From the IMG/VR virus record IMGVR_UViG_3300035698_012408: a stretch of 64,000 nt of DNA; one strand, 5' to 3'. Below the pieces are notes generated by a model. The model was given only the letters and a program-made list of their open reading frames with translations, was not told the origin of the DNA and ran no database searches. Positions 25,553 to 35,031 of this stretch are shown in pieces. The DNA comes from a virus. Position 1 is the stretch's first letter. Every line of letters starts with the position of its first letter. A program made the translations under genes and the position numbers.

Positions 25553-25876
25553 TCATTCCCATGAATCGGGAGCTAGTCCTGGGACCACTCCAGCATCCAC
25601 AAGTGTCAATCTCGGAACGCGGAAAAACAACACACCAACGCTGTCAAGCCCGTGTGAAAAATTACACAGTGCATCGGCCTGGGCTGGTTGAACCAGCACA
25701 AACCCACGGGCGTGGGCCTCGGCATGCGTATCGAAGTCCTCGACAACACAGGCTACCAGTGCCATTCGGCGACCGGGCCATCGCGGTAACACCCGCGGTT
25801 TGCCATCATACCGTGCGAGCCACGACTCTACCGGCTCGGCGCCGGTATTGAGTTCGTAGTTAGACGGTGACTTCAT
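25553..25876 (-). CDS. hypothetical protein (107 aa)
   Basis: Only the C-terminal part of track ORF 25553..26293. The ATG at 25876 is preceded by AGAGGAGAAG and overlaps the upstream stop by 17 nt. Confidence 0.55.
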   Translation of the reverse strand: MKSPSNYELNTGAEPVESWLARYDGKPRVLPRWPGRRMALVACVVEDFDTHAEAHARGFVLVQPAQADALCNFSHGLDSVGVLFFRVPRLTLVDAGVVPGLAPDSWE

Positions 25877-27218
25877 CTCGCTTCTCCTCTTTCTGTTCCT
25901 GCTGCTTGGTCTGCGGCTGGTGGGCCCAACCACTGGACGCCGGCCAGAAATTGGCTGACACCCGCTCACGTTCGAGCGTGTGGCTATCGAACCGCAGGGC
26001 GTCCTCCAGGTCGAGCCGCGTGTCGCGATAGAGCACCTGCAAGCGGTGCATCTTACTCGCGAACAAGGGTTTCCCGGGGCTGCGAGCAGCCGCCAAGAGA
26101 TCCTCATCCGTGCAAAGCGGAGAGAGTGCCGGCTTGGTCGTCTCAATATGGTGACGCACCAGCGCGACGGACTCTTTGTCCGACAGGACCGCAAGGAAGC
26201 GTGACGGGGCCTGAAGCGGCTTGTCATGCTCCACGATCGCCAAGTCAATGGCTGCATCGTCGAAGATCGCGGACGCCGGCCCGAGGGCCTCACGCACAGC
26301 GATCACCAACGCCAAGAGGCGATCATCTTCGCCAGCTCGTTCGAGCTCTTCCCGCAGGTCAAACCCAGCGGCTGCCGCACAAGCGGCGGCAGGGTTCGGG
26401 AACTCGAAGCCCGACATATCCCTGACGGGATTGTGGACCTCTTGCCCCTGAAGATGCCGATGGTCCTCCAGAACCTTCACGGCGCGTGCCACGGACGCGG
26501 GGTCCGCCACGTACCGATGATCGATCGCCCACAGGTTTGTGGGATTCTCCTCCGACTGCGGGGGGAGCCAAAGCTCCGGCCACTCAGTCTGAGCGAGCAT
26601 GTTGAGCGTATCCCCGTGCATCTGTCGCATCTCTTTGGGCGACTTGCCCATGTGAAGGCGGATGCGTTCAACGATCGCCGGGGTCACCTCTGCGTCGATA
26701 CTCGACATGTCCTGATAACACAGGAGGAAATGCGGGAGCTCCGGCACGACGCCGAGCTTCCAATTCTGCTCCGCCGCGCGGACGCGGGCAGCGTCCATGT
26801 CGAGGGCCAACGACACCCAGTCCCCGTTGGGGCGGTCGCCGGCCTTCACGCCATCCGTCGCGTAACGCGGATCGAGGATTCGACCACGAGCGCCAGGATG
26901 CGGGCCTCGGTGAAAATCATGCGACATCCTGACACAAGCGTAATCAACGCTCGCGCTGTGGACATCCAGTTGGGCTGTGATGCAACCCAGCTCAATAGCC
27001 TCGCGGCCGTCGTTCTCCCAGGACACCTGGATCTGGGCACTTGCCGTGCCGATAGGGACGACCGATCGTCCCTTCAGGTTCCACGTGATTCCCCACACGG
27101 GGAACAGACGCTTCGCCCGATGATACGGGCGTTTCGTGATCCGGGAGAAGTGGCGCTTGGCCAGGGGGTTGCTGGTCCTTGCGGACTTGCGAGTACGGGT
27201 GTTCGTGTTCTTCGACAT
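25860..27218 (-). CDS. hypothetical protein with a basic N-terminus
   Basis: 452-aa ORF. No recognisable motif. Confidence 0.7.
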   Translation of the reverse strand: MSKNTNTRTRKSARTSNPLAKRHFSRITKRPYHRAKRLFPVWGITWNLKGRSVVPIGTASAQIQVSWENDGREAIELGCITAQLDVHSASVDYACVRMSHDFHRGPHPGARGRILDPRYATDGVKAGDRPNGDWVSLALDMDAARVRAAEQNWKLGVVPELPHFLLCYQDMSSIDAEVTPAIVERIRLHMGKSPKEMRQMHGDTLNMLAQTEWPELWLPPQSEENPTNLWAIDHRYVADPASVARAVKVLEDHRHLQGQEVHNPVRDMSGFEFPNPAAACAAAAGFDLREELERAGEDDRLLALVIAVREALGPASAIFDDAAIDLAIVEHDKPLQAPSRFLAVLSDKESVALVRHHIETTKPALSPLCTDEDLLAAARSPGKPLFASKMHRLQVLYRDTRLDLEDALRFDSHTLERERVSANFWPASSGWAHQPQTKQQEQKEEKRDEVTV

Positions 27219-27248
27219 CGTTCGGTCTCCTATGAGAAGCCATATTCA

Positions 27249-27458
27249 TTACGATACCGGGACAAGTTTGCGTAGATCTTCAGCCCTGGTGGACTCGACC
27301 TCCTCGATCGCCCCAAGCTGGTCCCACTCAGCTTGAGAGATAGTTAATTGCCTGCCCGGCTTTCCCTTCTCCCGACTGTAAAGAGTCAGGAGGAGTCCAC
27401 CGGGTACCCGTCGCATGCGCTTGACGGGCTTGCCTTCGTAGAATCGTGTTTTAGGCAT
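27249..27458 (-). CDS. small hypothetical basic protein
   Basis: ORF 27249..27521 (GTG start). Internal ATG at 27458. The start is uncertain. Confidence 0.45.
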   Translation of the reverse strand: MPKTRFYEGKPVKRMRRVPGGLLLTLYSREKGKPGRQLTISQAEWDQLGAIEEVESTRAEDLRKLVPVS

Positions 27459-27599
27459 CAGTTCGCTTTCATGGTACGGTCCTCCATAAAGTAGAATAAG
27501 CGAAAATTCGCACGGGGCCACGGCCTAAATGTGGTAACCCAAAACGTAAGTACAAGTCTTCATGTTATATGACGTGTAATACGCCTGGATTTAGCACCT

Positions 27600-28439
27600 T
27601 TAGTCATCGAACATCGGCGTGTCGCCGGTGCTGACTATCGCAGGTGGCCCCGGCACATTTTCACCATCGACAGCGTCACCGCCGTCGGCCGTCTCGTCTG
27701 ATTCGTCGGTCTCTTCGTCGTCGAAGTCTTCTTCCAGCGGATCTGTCGGTGCCACGTTCTTATCCAGTGACGGACCGACCCAGCCGAATTCTTCATCGTC
27801 GAGCGAGTCACCTTCGGGTATCTCGAATAACGGCAATGCACCCAATGGAGTACGAAGGAATCTATTTGGTCCTCTAGTAACAATCAATCGCTGCCCGAGG
27901 AACGGGAACAAGTGACACGACGTACCAAGCAGCTCCCGCACTACGGTGATCAGCTCGGTCACACACTCGAACGCTTCCACACGCGGCCAGTCATCCTCGG
28001 GAATGACGACGAGATGATACATCTGGTCCGTCTGCCGCTGCTGGTTCAACAGTGCCGCCAACAACGTCTGTGCCGCTGGTGGTATCAACGCATCGCCCGG
28101 ACTTGGCGCGCGGGGCGGCGGAGTCACGGCCGCAACAGGTTGCTCCCCTGCTTCGACTACCGGTGCCGTCTTAGGTCGAACCCGAGGCTTCGGTTTCGGC
28201 GGCATCGACGGCGGGGGTGGCGGCGTCCTCTTCTGCTGTGGAGACTGGGACTGCCCGTCGTCCTTCTTCTTCCTCGGACCCCCGCCCGTCAGTGGCGCTC
28301 CCACCATTGCCCCAGGCTCCGGCTTGGACGGTGCCGGAACCCGCGGTGGCATTACCGGGGTCGACACCTTCGCCGGTGCAGTCGGCGTGGGGGATTGGAC
28401 CGTTTCGGAGGGCGGCGTCTGTTTGTTGTTGTCCGGCAT
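27600..28439 (-). CDS. hypothetical protein, Pro-rich N-terminal half, acidic C-terminus
   Basis: ATG with GGAG 9 nt upstream, and an in-frame TAA 9 codons upstream of that ATG. Confidence 0.65.
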   Translation of the reverse strand: MPDNNKQTPPSETVQSPTPTAPAKVSTPVMPPRVPAPSKPEPGAMVGAPLTGGGPRKKKDDGQSQSPQQKRTPPPPPSMPPKPKPRVRPKTAPVVEAGEQPVAAVTPPPRAPSPGDALIPPAAQTLLAALLNQQRQTDQMYHLVVIPEDDWPRVEAFECVTELITVVRELLGTSCHLFPFLGQRLIVTRGPNRFLRTPLGALPLFEIPEGDSLDDEEFGWVGPSLDKNVAPTDPLEEDFDDEETDESDETADGGDAVDGENVPGPPAIVSTGDTPMFDD

Positions 28440-28710
28440 TCTGTGGCTCCACGTAAAGTACGGTTAGCCCAAGTGTCACGCACTTGAGCTGGTACGGGTC
28501 TTCTTTACTCCCATGCCATGCTGTGTGCATACCCAGCTGGCCAGGGTGAATAATAAGATAACCTGTCTTGTTTACCCACTCGTTGACCTGGGCATCCAAG
28601 GACAGGCTTTCTTCCTTAGTCTCCTCGCGGGAGACCTCAACGAACACACTGGGTGACTCGCGTCTATACCAGCGGTTCTCTGCAAACGTCTTAGTCCGAC
28701 GCAGTTGCAT
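28171..28710 (-). CDS. hypothetical protein; the 3' 269 nt overlap the next gene out of frame
   Basis: The first 90 aa or so look globular. The remainder reads as the alternate frame of the Pro-rich region. Confidence 0.45.
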   Translation of the reverse strand: MQLRRTKTFAENRWYRRESPSVFVEVSREETKEESLSLDAQVNEWVNKTGYLIIHPGQLGMHTAWHGSKEDPYQLKCVTLGLTVLYVEPQNAGQQQTDAALRNGPIPHADCTGEGVDPGNATAGSGTVQAGAWGNGGSATDGRGSEEEEGRRAVPVSTAEEDAATPAVDAAETEASGST

Positions 28711-29056
28711 CTACGGCCTCCTTTTGTGGTTGTTGGTTAGCTCGTCGCGACTGCTGCCCTCGCTTACCAGCGGTTGATCGCCCCTGTCGCTTCTTGGCGA
28801 ACTCCCCGGCTGGCATGTCGAAGTCAAACTGTACCGGTGCTCCATCCCGTCGCTGCACTGTGAACTCGCCGGTGTTAGCATTGAATAGCACCACGGCCTT
28901 ACTCTCCGCCCCGCCAGCGCCGGTGGCTGTCAGATAAGCAGCCTTGACAATATGCTGCCCCCGTAACGTGACGGGCGTAGCATCAATAGCCCTGACCTGC
29001 ATCTGCACATCCACGACTTCCAGTTCTTGCGGCGGTTCAATCTTGAATTTCATCAC
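28691..29056 (-). CDS. hypothetical protein with a basic tail
   Basis: 121-aa ORF. Confidence 0.6.
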   Translation of the reverse strand: MMKFKIEPPQELEVVDVQMQVRAIDATPVTLRGQHIVKAAYLTATGAGGAESKAVVLFNANTGEFTVQRRDGAPVQFDFDMPAGEFAKKRQGRSTAGKRGQQSRRANQQPQKEAVDATASD

Positions 29057-29057
29057 G

Positions 29058-29786
29058 TCAATCCTTCTTCGGTAACAGCTGCTCTGGCGACGGTGGTGGT
29101 CCTATCACGGACGCACCCTCTAGCACCATATCAGCCTTTGGGTCCTCATGAACAAGGGTTGGTAACCCTGGGTAAACCATCGGCCGGATGTACGAGAACG
29201 CTCGTGTGCTCGACACCCCGAACACCGTCAGTGGTACAGTGGGGATCTGCTCAATTACCGCCATCCGTTTGATCGCAGGAACATCCAGCATCTGCATCTC
29301 ATAAAAGTTGACCCTGCCGTAGAAATTGGTAGCCCGCTCCATGACAGCTATGCCAGCCACCGTGTTGCGAAGCAGATCCCACCGCTCTCGCACTATCCCA
29401 CATAATCGATGATCCCAGTTCACGGGTCGACCAGCACACAGGCCGATACCCAACCCCGCGAAAAATGGATCTACATAATCCAATACAAAAGGCAGCTCCG
29501 CCGGATTGTCCGACGGATGCAGCCTATTGAACTCTTCAAGCGGGTCACGGTCGAACCGCCCCGCCGTGCAAATGACAGCAGTGGTAAAGAACTCAAATTC
29601 CTGGGCCATCTCTGCAAGCGTATAAACCTTGCGGACTTGTGTGCCATCGCCGTCTCCAGGCCTGCCGGCATCATGTTGCTCCACCCCTTTGACAGGAAGA
29701 CCTTTACGGCCCATCTGCTCCAGGTTGAACTCCGCCATAAGGTCTTCGTTCACGACGATCTTAGGTTTTTGTGGCTCTTCGGACAT
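29058..29786 (-). CDS. hypothetical protein
   Basis: ORF 29058..30056. The ATG at 29786 follows the upstream stop at 29803. Confidence 0.65.
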   Translation of the reverse strand: MSEEPQKPKIVVNEDLMAEFNLEQMGRKGLPVKGVEQHDAGRPGDGDGTQVRKVYTLAEMAQEFEFFTTAVICTAGRFDRDPLEEFNRLHPSDNPAELPFVLDYVDPFFAGLGIGLCAGRPVNWDHRLCGIVRERWDLLRNTVAGIAVMERATNFYGRVNFYEMQMLDVPAIKRMAVIEQIPTVPLTVFGVSSTRAFSYIRPMVYPGLPTLVHEDPKADMVLEGASVIGPPPSPEQLLPKKD

Positions 29787-29802
29787 TACTGCTAATCCTT
29801 TG

Positions 29803-30489
29803 CTACACTGGGAACAAGTTGGCGGCCAATGCGATATGCCGGGCCAAGTCAGCCTGAAGCCGTGGGTCGGTATCGATGTTGGCATCTTGCGGCAACTCAA
29901 TACCGAGGAACTGAGCCAATCCGTCGAACGGGATGTCATTCCGATTCTCGGATGGGATGGCCGCGTCGTACGGATCACACCACGGAGCGGGCGCGAAGGG
30001 TCTATGATACCACAACCCGACCGGAATAGCCGATGTGGGCAGCCCTTCACCCGCACAATACCGCAGCGCGTCCATAGCCATCACGCGCAACCGGTCACGA
30101 ATACGCAGCCCGAACAGGCGGACCTGCACGTCATGATCCGCCGAGTTGCCGGAATAAAAGCCGCCATCGTCGAGCAGTTCAGCGATCTGTCGCATCGCAT
30201 TCCAAGCGACTTCGCCTTCCGGCGTACCGAACCCGGCAGCCAACGAGAATACCTCGTCGCCAGCCTCATCCAGCACGACACAGCTCGATACCGTGCCGGC
30301 AACCGGGAGGAAGTGCGCTGTCTCTTCGCGCTTAGCTTCCTTCTCCGCCACTTCCTTCTCCACGCTCTCCGGCTTCTTGCTCCGTGTCGCCACACACGGG
30401 GCGAAGAACTGTTCCCAGTTCGTCCGGCGTCCCAGCGTCACTCCCAGGAAGTACCTGGGCGTCTTCTTCAGTTGGTTTATCTGTGTCAT
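29803..30489 (-). CDS. hypothetical protein
   Basis: 228-aa ORF. VVLDEAGDE and a C-terminal ADLARHIA are only a weak hint of a nuclease, so no function is called. Confidence 0.55.
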   Translation of the reverse strand: MTQINQLKKTPRYFLGVTLGRRTNWEQFFAPCVATRSKKPESVEKEVAEKEAKREETAHFLPVAGTVSSCVVLDEAGDEVFSLAAGFGTPEGEVAWNAMRQIAELLDDGGFYSGNSADHDVQVRLFGLRIRDRLRVMAMDALRYCAGEGLPTSAIPVGLWYHRPFAPAPWCDPYDAAIPSENRNDIPFDGLAQFLGIELPQDANIDTDPRLQADLARHIALAANLFPV

Positions 30490-30856
30490 CCTTCTCTACC
30501 TCTTTTTGCATTTGGACAAAAATGTCGATGATGGGGACAACAGTATCCAGCACTTGCAACTGGAGCTCTGCCGGTGTCCCCGGTTCCGCCACCGCCATCT
30601 CCTGAGCACTCATGCCAAGGGTCTGGAGAACAAGCTCGGGACTTTGGATGTCCCAACCCTGCTCCATCTCCTGGGACAGCGCACCCCGGACAAGGAGGAA
30701 TAGCCGCCGCGCGATGATGTCGACCATCACGAGCTTCGGTATGATGGGGCTCTCGGCCATGAGGATTCGGGCATCTTCAGCCGCATCCTCTAACTTCTTC
30801 TTCGAGAGATCCTCAAGATTGGCCCCGACGATCGGGGACGGTGTATTTTCTGACAT
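30332..30856 (-). CDS. hypothetical acidic protein
   Basis: 174-aa ORF. 158-nt out-of-frame overlap with the next gene. Confidence 0.5.
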   Translation of the reverse strand: MSENTPSPIVGANLEDLSKKKLEDAAEDARILMAESPIIPKLVMVDIIARRLFLLVRGALSQEMEQGWDIQSPELVLQTLGMSAQEMAVAEPGTPAELQLQVLDTVVPIIDIFVQMQKEVEKDDTDKPTEEDAQVLPGSDAGTPDELGTVLRPVCGDTEQEAGERGEGSGGEGS

Positions 30857-30896
30857 GACAATTATCCTTACTAAAATCGTACATGAAAATCAACGA

Positions 30897-31136
30897 TCAG
30901 GCAATACTCAATGCTATCGATGGCCTAATCACGGTATGCGGAAACTTCTTAGCGAACGCCTCACGCGCGGCGACTTCTTTAATCGCCCCAGCTTCGGTCT
31001 TATGGTACGTCCGTAGGAACGAACCACCATACGCCTCCCACTGCTGAATGTCAATATATTCGGGCCACTCATGGCCACTGATCGGGTTTTTGTGCCATTT
31101 CGTCTTATGCGACTGACAATAGCCAATACCGGCCAT
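30897..31136 (-). CDS. small hypothetical protein
   Basis: 79-aa ORF beginning 2 nt after the upstream stop. Confidence 0.55.
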   Translation of the reverse strand: MAGIGYCQSHKTKWHKNPISGHEWPEYIDIQQWEAYGGSFLRTYHKTEAGAIKEVAAREAFAKKFPHTVIRPSIALSIA

Positions 31137-31137
31137 A

Positions 31138-31815
31138 CTAATCTCCCAGAACTCGTTTCCAGCTTGCGTCGTAGAAATGGAAGCCGTGGGCCTCCGGGTA
31201 CTCGGTCATCAGGGTCTCAATTGACTTACCCTGCAACCGCTCACGCTCTTCGTAGGTCACCGGCGACATTGCCTCGCGTGGCAACATCCGTAAAAACTCA
31301 AAATTACCGCAGACCCATTCATCGTAAATAAGGGTATATGCCATCCAGTCACGCACCACCGGCGTAAATATCATTGGCCCGCCCCGCAGATGGGGCATAC
31401 CATTCGCAGTGCTCTCCCACGTGCTCGCGAGCTTCGCCATCATGGCACCCACCACAGGGTGCTCCGGTACTGATGCGATAAAACTGGTAGCCACGAAATC
31501 CTCTGTCTCGAAAGCCACCACCATCGCGGCGTCACACAGCAGCGACTCAATGTTGCGAACACACAGATGATCCGTATCCAGATACACACCACCATACGTG
31601 GACAGCAACTCGAACCGCATTATATCAGCTTTTTCTGACGGCGTCCTCGCTACGTCGTACAAGCGTTGCAGCCGCAACGGTGGGCGATTATTCTCCGTCC
31701 ACAGCCGCGACTCCCACCCAGGGTGAAGCGACAACGTCATGTCACGCCACTCTTGGAACTGCGCTGGGAAGGGGTCATCACCAAGCCAAATATGGTGAAA
31801 TATTTTCGGAATCAT
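31138..31815 (-). CDS. GT32-like glycosyltransferase (DXD sugar-transferase family)
   Basis: IPKIFHHIWLGD and ADIMRFELLSTYGGVYLDTD. The ATG at 31815 directly follows the upstream stop at 31817. Confidence 0.75.
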   Translation of the reverse strand: MIPKIFHHIWLGDDPFPAQFQEWRDMTLSLHPGWESRLWTENNRPPLRLQRLYDVARTPSEKADIMRFELLSTYGGVYLDTDHLCVRNIESLLCDAAMVVAFETEDFVATSFIASVPEHPVVGAMMAKLASTWESTANGMPHLRGGPMIFTPVVRDWMAYTLIYDEWVCGNFEFLRMLPREAMSPVTYEERERLQGKSIETLMTEYPEAHGFHFYDASWKRVLGD

Positions 31816-31816
31816 A

Positions 31817-32653
31817 CTAACCACCTTGTGGTAAGGGTCCGTCGAGCGGATCGCCCAGCTTCGCCGCGTCAATACGGCGACGAGCTGCGACCGCGAACTT
31901 TTCAGATAACTCAAAACCAATATACTGCCGGTCGAGCTTCTTCGCTACCGCCAGCGTCGTACCAGATCCGGCCATCGGGTCCAGCACCACGTCACCGGGA
32001 TTGGAGCAAGCACGAATGACACGCCCGACCAGCTGCTCCGGCATCTGATTCGGTGCTCCTTCAATCCGATGCTTGAACGTCCCGCAGATCCTCGGAATGT
32101 GCCAAGTGTCGGCGAACTCCGGGAACGCATCAGCGTCCAGCTCCTGCGGACGAAGTACCCACGTGTCGTCAGGTAGCCGCCCGTCAGGGTTGGCCCGCTT
32201 ATCCTTGTAATGCAATGCTCGCGCACTCGGGACACGGATAGCGTCGTGATTGAACACGAAGCTCTTCGGGTCCTTCACGAAGTAGAGCAGGTGAGCGTGA
32301 GACCGCGTGAACTTCTTCTTGCAGTTGACGCCGAAGGTGTAGTACCAGATGATCCAGCTTCGCATGTGAAAGCCGTGATGTCGGCAAGCTATCTTCATCT
32401 CTGCCGCCCACTCGTCACCGATGGCCATCCAGAAAGAACCGTCGACGGTCAGACAATCGTAAAGCGCGCTGAGCCAGTCGTCCGACCAGTGGGAATAATC
32501 CTGCGGTGACATCGCGTCATCGTACTCGCCCTGATAATCAAAGCCGATATTATACGGCGGATCACAGAAAGCCAGATGCACGCTATGTGCGGGCATGTCC
32601 CGCATGTACTTCACACAATCGCCCGTGTAAACCTTGTTACCAAAAGTCGCCAT
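31817..32653 (-). CDS. DNA methyltransferase, N6-adenine or N4-cytosine (beta class, DPPY)
   Basis: FCDPPYN near the N-terminus and VLDPMAGSGTT near the C-terminus. TAATG junction at 32653. Confidence 0.9.
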   Translation of the reverse strand: MATFGNKVYTGDCVKYMRDMPAHSVHLAFCDPPYNIGFDYQGEYDDAMSPQDYSHWSDDWLSALYDCLTVDGSFWMAIGDEWAAEMKIACRHHGFHMRSWIIWYYTFGVNCKKKFTRSHAHLLYFVKDPKSFVFNHDAIRVPSARALHYKDKRANPDGRLPDDTWVLRPQELDADAFPEFADTWHIPRICGTFKHRIEGAPNQMPEQLVGRVIRACSNPGDVVLDPMAGSGTTLAVAKKLDRQYIGFELSEKFAVAARRRIDAAKLGDPLDGPLPQGG

Positions 32654-33318
32654 TACTGCATCCCTTCCGAATAGTTTTGAACGCACATGGCACACAGGAA
32701 CATCGAGTCGGCGATATTATCGTCACCCGTGTCGTCCTCCAGCCGCAAAGTAGTCCCGAACTGCTCATTGCAGGCTTCGAGCATCTCCCCTTTGTTCGCG
32801 TTACCGCGACCCGTTGCGTATTTCTTGAGTGTACCAATTGGTACCGACTGACACGGGATACCCCGCTCTTCAGCCCACACTACAAGCGTAGCCTGCAACG
32901 AATGGACGACCTGCGCCCCGGACACTGCCCGAGCCACCATCGCCGTCAGGTTTGTTTTCTTCATGCCGGGGGCTGACCCCTGCGGCGTGTACTTGACCTC
33001 TTCATAGCAGATCACGTCTGGCTCGGTCACCTCCAGGAAGTGCTTCAACCGGATAAGCCGGATCGACTGCGTATCCCAGTTCCCGATGCTCAGATTCCAC
33101 TGCCCGCCCACCAGCACACCAGACGTCACCGGTTGCCCTGGCATGACATCACAAAACGTGACGCCGCAGTTGCTCGCCAGATCCAGCCCGAGAAAACGCT
33201 TATGTCTCGGCGGTATGATCGGCAGTCGCTTCGCATAGACCCTTGGGTCCTTGATCAGCGCCAGCTTCCCCTTGGGCAGCTCCCCCACTTCCGCTTTGAC
33301 TGCTTTCTTTTTTGCCAT
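32653..33318 (-). CDS. RuvC-like Holliday junction resolvase
   Basis: FLGLDLASNCG, ICYEEV, GDDNIADSMFL. GGAGGGAAG leader. Confidence 0.65.
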   Translation of the reverse strand: MAKKKAVKAEVGELPKGKLALIKDPRVYAKRLPIIPPRHKRFLGLDLASNCGVTFCDVMPGQPVTSGVLVGGQWNLSIGNWDTQSIRLIRLKHFLEVTEPDVICYEEVKYTPQGSAPGMKKTNLTAMVARAVSGAQVVHSLQATLVVWAEERGIPCQSVPIGTLKKYATGRGNANKGEMLEACNEQFGTTLRLEDDTGDDNIADSMFLCAMCVQNYSEGMQ

Positions 33319-33532
33319 CAGCTGTCACTTCCCTCCAATAATCCGCACACTCTTCACATGAATGATCGCGGGGGCACGGGTCGCCCTGGTAATTGTAATA
33401 ACAATGCGAACTGCAAAATGTGTCAGACGGGTAGCTACTCCCTTTATCAAACAACTGGTCGCAGTTCGCGCAGTGAAAACTATTGTCTCCCCCGCGTGTG
33501 TCCAGCATCGGTCGCTGAAAGACTGTTACCAC
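33200..33532 (-). CDS. small zinc-finger protein (FCS-like)
   Basis: HCANCDQLF...DTFCSSHC. The 3' 119 nt overlap the RuvC-like gene out of frame. Confidence 0.45.
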   Translation of the reverse strand: MVTVFQRPMLDTRGGDNSFHCANCDQLFDKGSSYPSDTFCSSHCYYNYQGDPCPRDHSCEECADYWREVTADGKKESSQSGSGGAAQGEAGADQGPKGLCEATADHTAET

Positions 33533-34274
33533 GCGTAGCCTCCGTAAGTTCCTGGAACGTCTGCAAGAGGTGATGAATAAGCACGCAGTCGAAACAGGCC
33601 GTGTGCATCAAGCGCATATCTAAATTGTAGCGTTCGGCAAGGCGGTACTTAGGAGCGCAGTGGCGTTCCATGTTCCACTTCACCCCGCGACATTGCGCGT
33701 TGTTGACTCGCCGCATCCACTCGTCCAGCGTGTCTTCTGGATACGGTGGTCTGCCAGCCTGTATGGCCTTCTCAAGCAATCCGGTATCGAATATCGAGTT
33801 AAGCCGCCACGGCAACAGATAACCCTGAAGGAACCGCTTCGTATGCCCGTCCAGCATCCGTCGATCAAATCGCCAAAAACCATGACCGACCAATAGGCCG
33901 CCCTTGATAATGTGATCATAGATCATCGTAATATACTGATGCAGACCTTCCACCGGTGGCATCCCTTCTTTGCAGAGCCTGCCCCACGGATAGTAAAACG
34001 GTCGACCTTCCTTGTTGTAAATATCCGCAAGCCGGATAAGCTGCGACTTTATATACCCGTGATCGGCATGTGGGTATTGAGACCAGTCAAGCAGCAGGCT
34101 ACCCTGCTGCTTGACTTTACTGTTCTCAACCAACGCCCATCCGAGATCCACCACGAAATCCTTGTTGTGAGAGAACCCACAGGTCTCCGTGTCAAGCACC
34201 AAGTAGTCTGTCGGGAAATCAAAATGCTCCCCGAAGATTGCAAGGGTCTCATGCTCTTCTGGTGTAAATAACAT
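33480..34274 (-). CDS. DEDDh 3'-5' exonuclease (DnaQ/RNase T-like)
   Basis: LVLDTETCGF (Exo I), GHGFWRFDRRML (Exo II), HTACFDCVL (Exo III, H-x4-D). Confidence 0.85.
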   Translation of the reverse strand: MLFTPEEHETLAIFGEHFDFPTDYLVLDTETCGFSHNKDFVVDLGWALVENSKVKQQGSLLLDWSQYPHADHGYIKSQLIRLADIYNKEGRPFYYPWGRLCKEGMPPVEGLHQYITMIYDHIIKGGLLVGHGFWRFDRRMLDGHTKRFLQGYLLPWRLNSIFDTGLLEKAIQAGRPPYPEDTLDEWMRRVNNAQCRGVKWNMERHCAPKYRLAERYNLDMRLMHTACFDCVLIHHLLQTFQELTEATRGNSLSATDAGHTRGRQ

Positions 34275-34277
34275 TGG

Positions 34278-35030
34278 TTACGCCAATTTACTGTTGAAGA
34301 TGATCTTCCACGCGGTCACGGCCGCATCCCGCACACGGCGGAAAAACCCATGATGCGTGAAAGATTGAATTAACGTATAAAGGGGCAACATGATCTCGAT
34401 CCTGTCGTGCATCCCACGTAGATCCGTAGACGCCTCCTGCTGCAATTGCCGAAGCTGCTCATGCGCTTGAACCAAGGCCCGGTCGGCCTCCTCGTGCATC
34501 GCAGCAGCCCAGTCGGCATTCAGCTGCGCAGGGGGCGTGTCCTCTTCCTCTTCCGCCGGATGCCCGGATAGTTGCTTGGCCAGTCTGCGACCAGCTGCCA
34601 CCATCTCAGCCATGTCGGGGGCTGCCGGTGACATGTGCCCATACATCGTGACGTCACGAAGGGCGACAAAGAAGCCACCCATCACCACCTCGCCAAGACG
34701 CTCGAAGATCATGATGCGGACAGGATGTGGTAAATCCAGGAACCCAGACTTCGCAAATGCGTCCTCTGGGCAGTCAACCTCGCGATCACGGACAAACAGG
34801 CGATTGGCCTCGAACAGCGCAGTGACGCCCTTTGCGAGGTCCTCGTCAGTAACACCTTCCGCGGTCAGCCAGTCCTTGAAATAATCAGACCAGTTGACCA
34901 TGTCCAAACCGTGAAACACCTCACGAAGCATCGGTAAGTAGATATAAGCTATATCGCGCTGGGGCGCGTAGGGCATACCTCCTGGATCGCTTTTAGGGCG
35001 ATACTGATGAATGGTTCTATGGGTCGTCAT
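34278..35030 (-). CDS. hypothetical protein
   Basis: ORF 34278..35141. The ATG at 35030 is preceded by GGAGGA and follows the stop at 35032. Confidence 0.65.
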   Translation of the reverse strand: MTTHRTIHQYRPKSDPGGMPYAPQRDIAYIYLPMLREVFHGLDMVNWSDYFKDWLTAEGVTDEDLAKGVTALFEANRLFVRDREVDCPEDAFAKSGFLDLPHPVRIMIFERLGEVVMGGFFVALRDVTMYGHMSPAAPDMAEMVAAGRRLAKQLSGHPAEEEEDTPPAQLNADWAAAMHEEADRALVQAHEQLRQLQQEASTDLRGMHDRIEIMLPLYTLIQSFTHHGFFRRVRDAAVTAWKIIFNSKLA

Positions 35031-35031
35031 A

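Noticed and set aside
25877-26293. N-terminal 139 aa of track ORF 25553..26293
   Set aside because: It lies entirely inside 25860..27218 in another frame and is Arg/Ser-rich. Only the distal 107 codons, starting at an SD-preceded ATG (25876), fill otherwise unassigned sequence.
27459-27599. AT-richer 141-nt gap checked for a tRNA, small RNA, promoter or mini-ORF (for example the 9-codon MEDRTMKAN ending in TGATG)
   Set aside because: No cloverleaf-compatible arms or T-loop GTTCGAATC-like sequence. The hexamer candidates are poor. The mini-ORFs have no SD. Nothing I can support.
28171-28439. Programmed frameshift fusing 28171..28710 to 27600..28439
   Set aside because: The downstream frame has an in-frame TAA nine codons before its ATG and its own GGAG. 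I saw no slippery heptamer at the junction. Kept only as an overlap observation.
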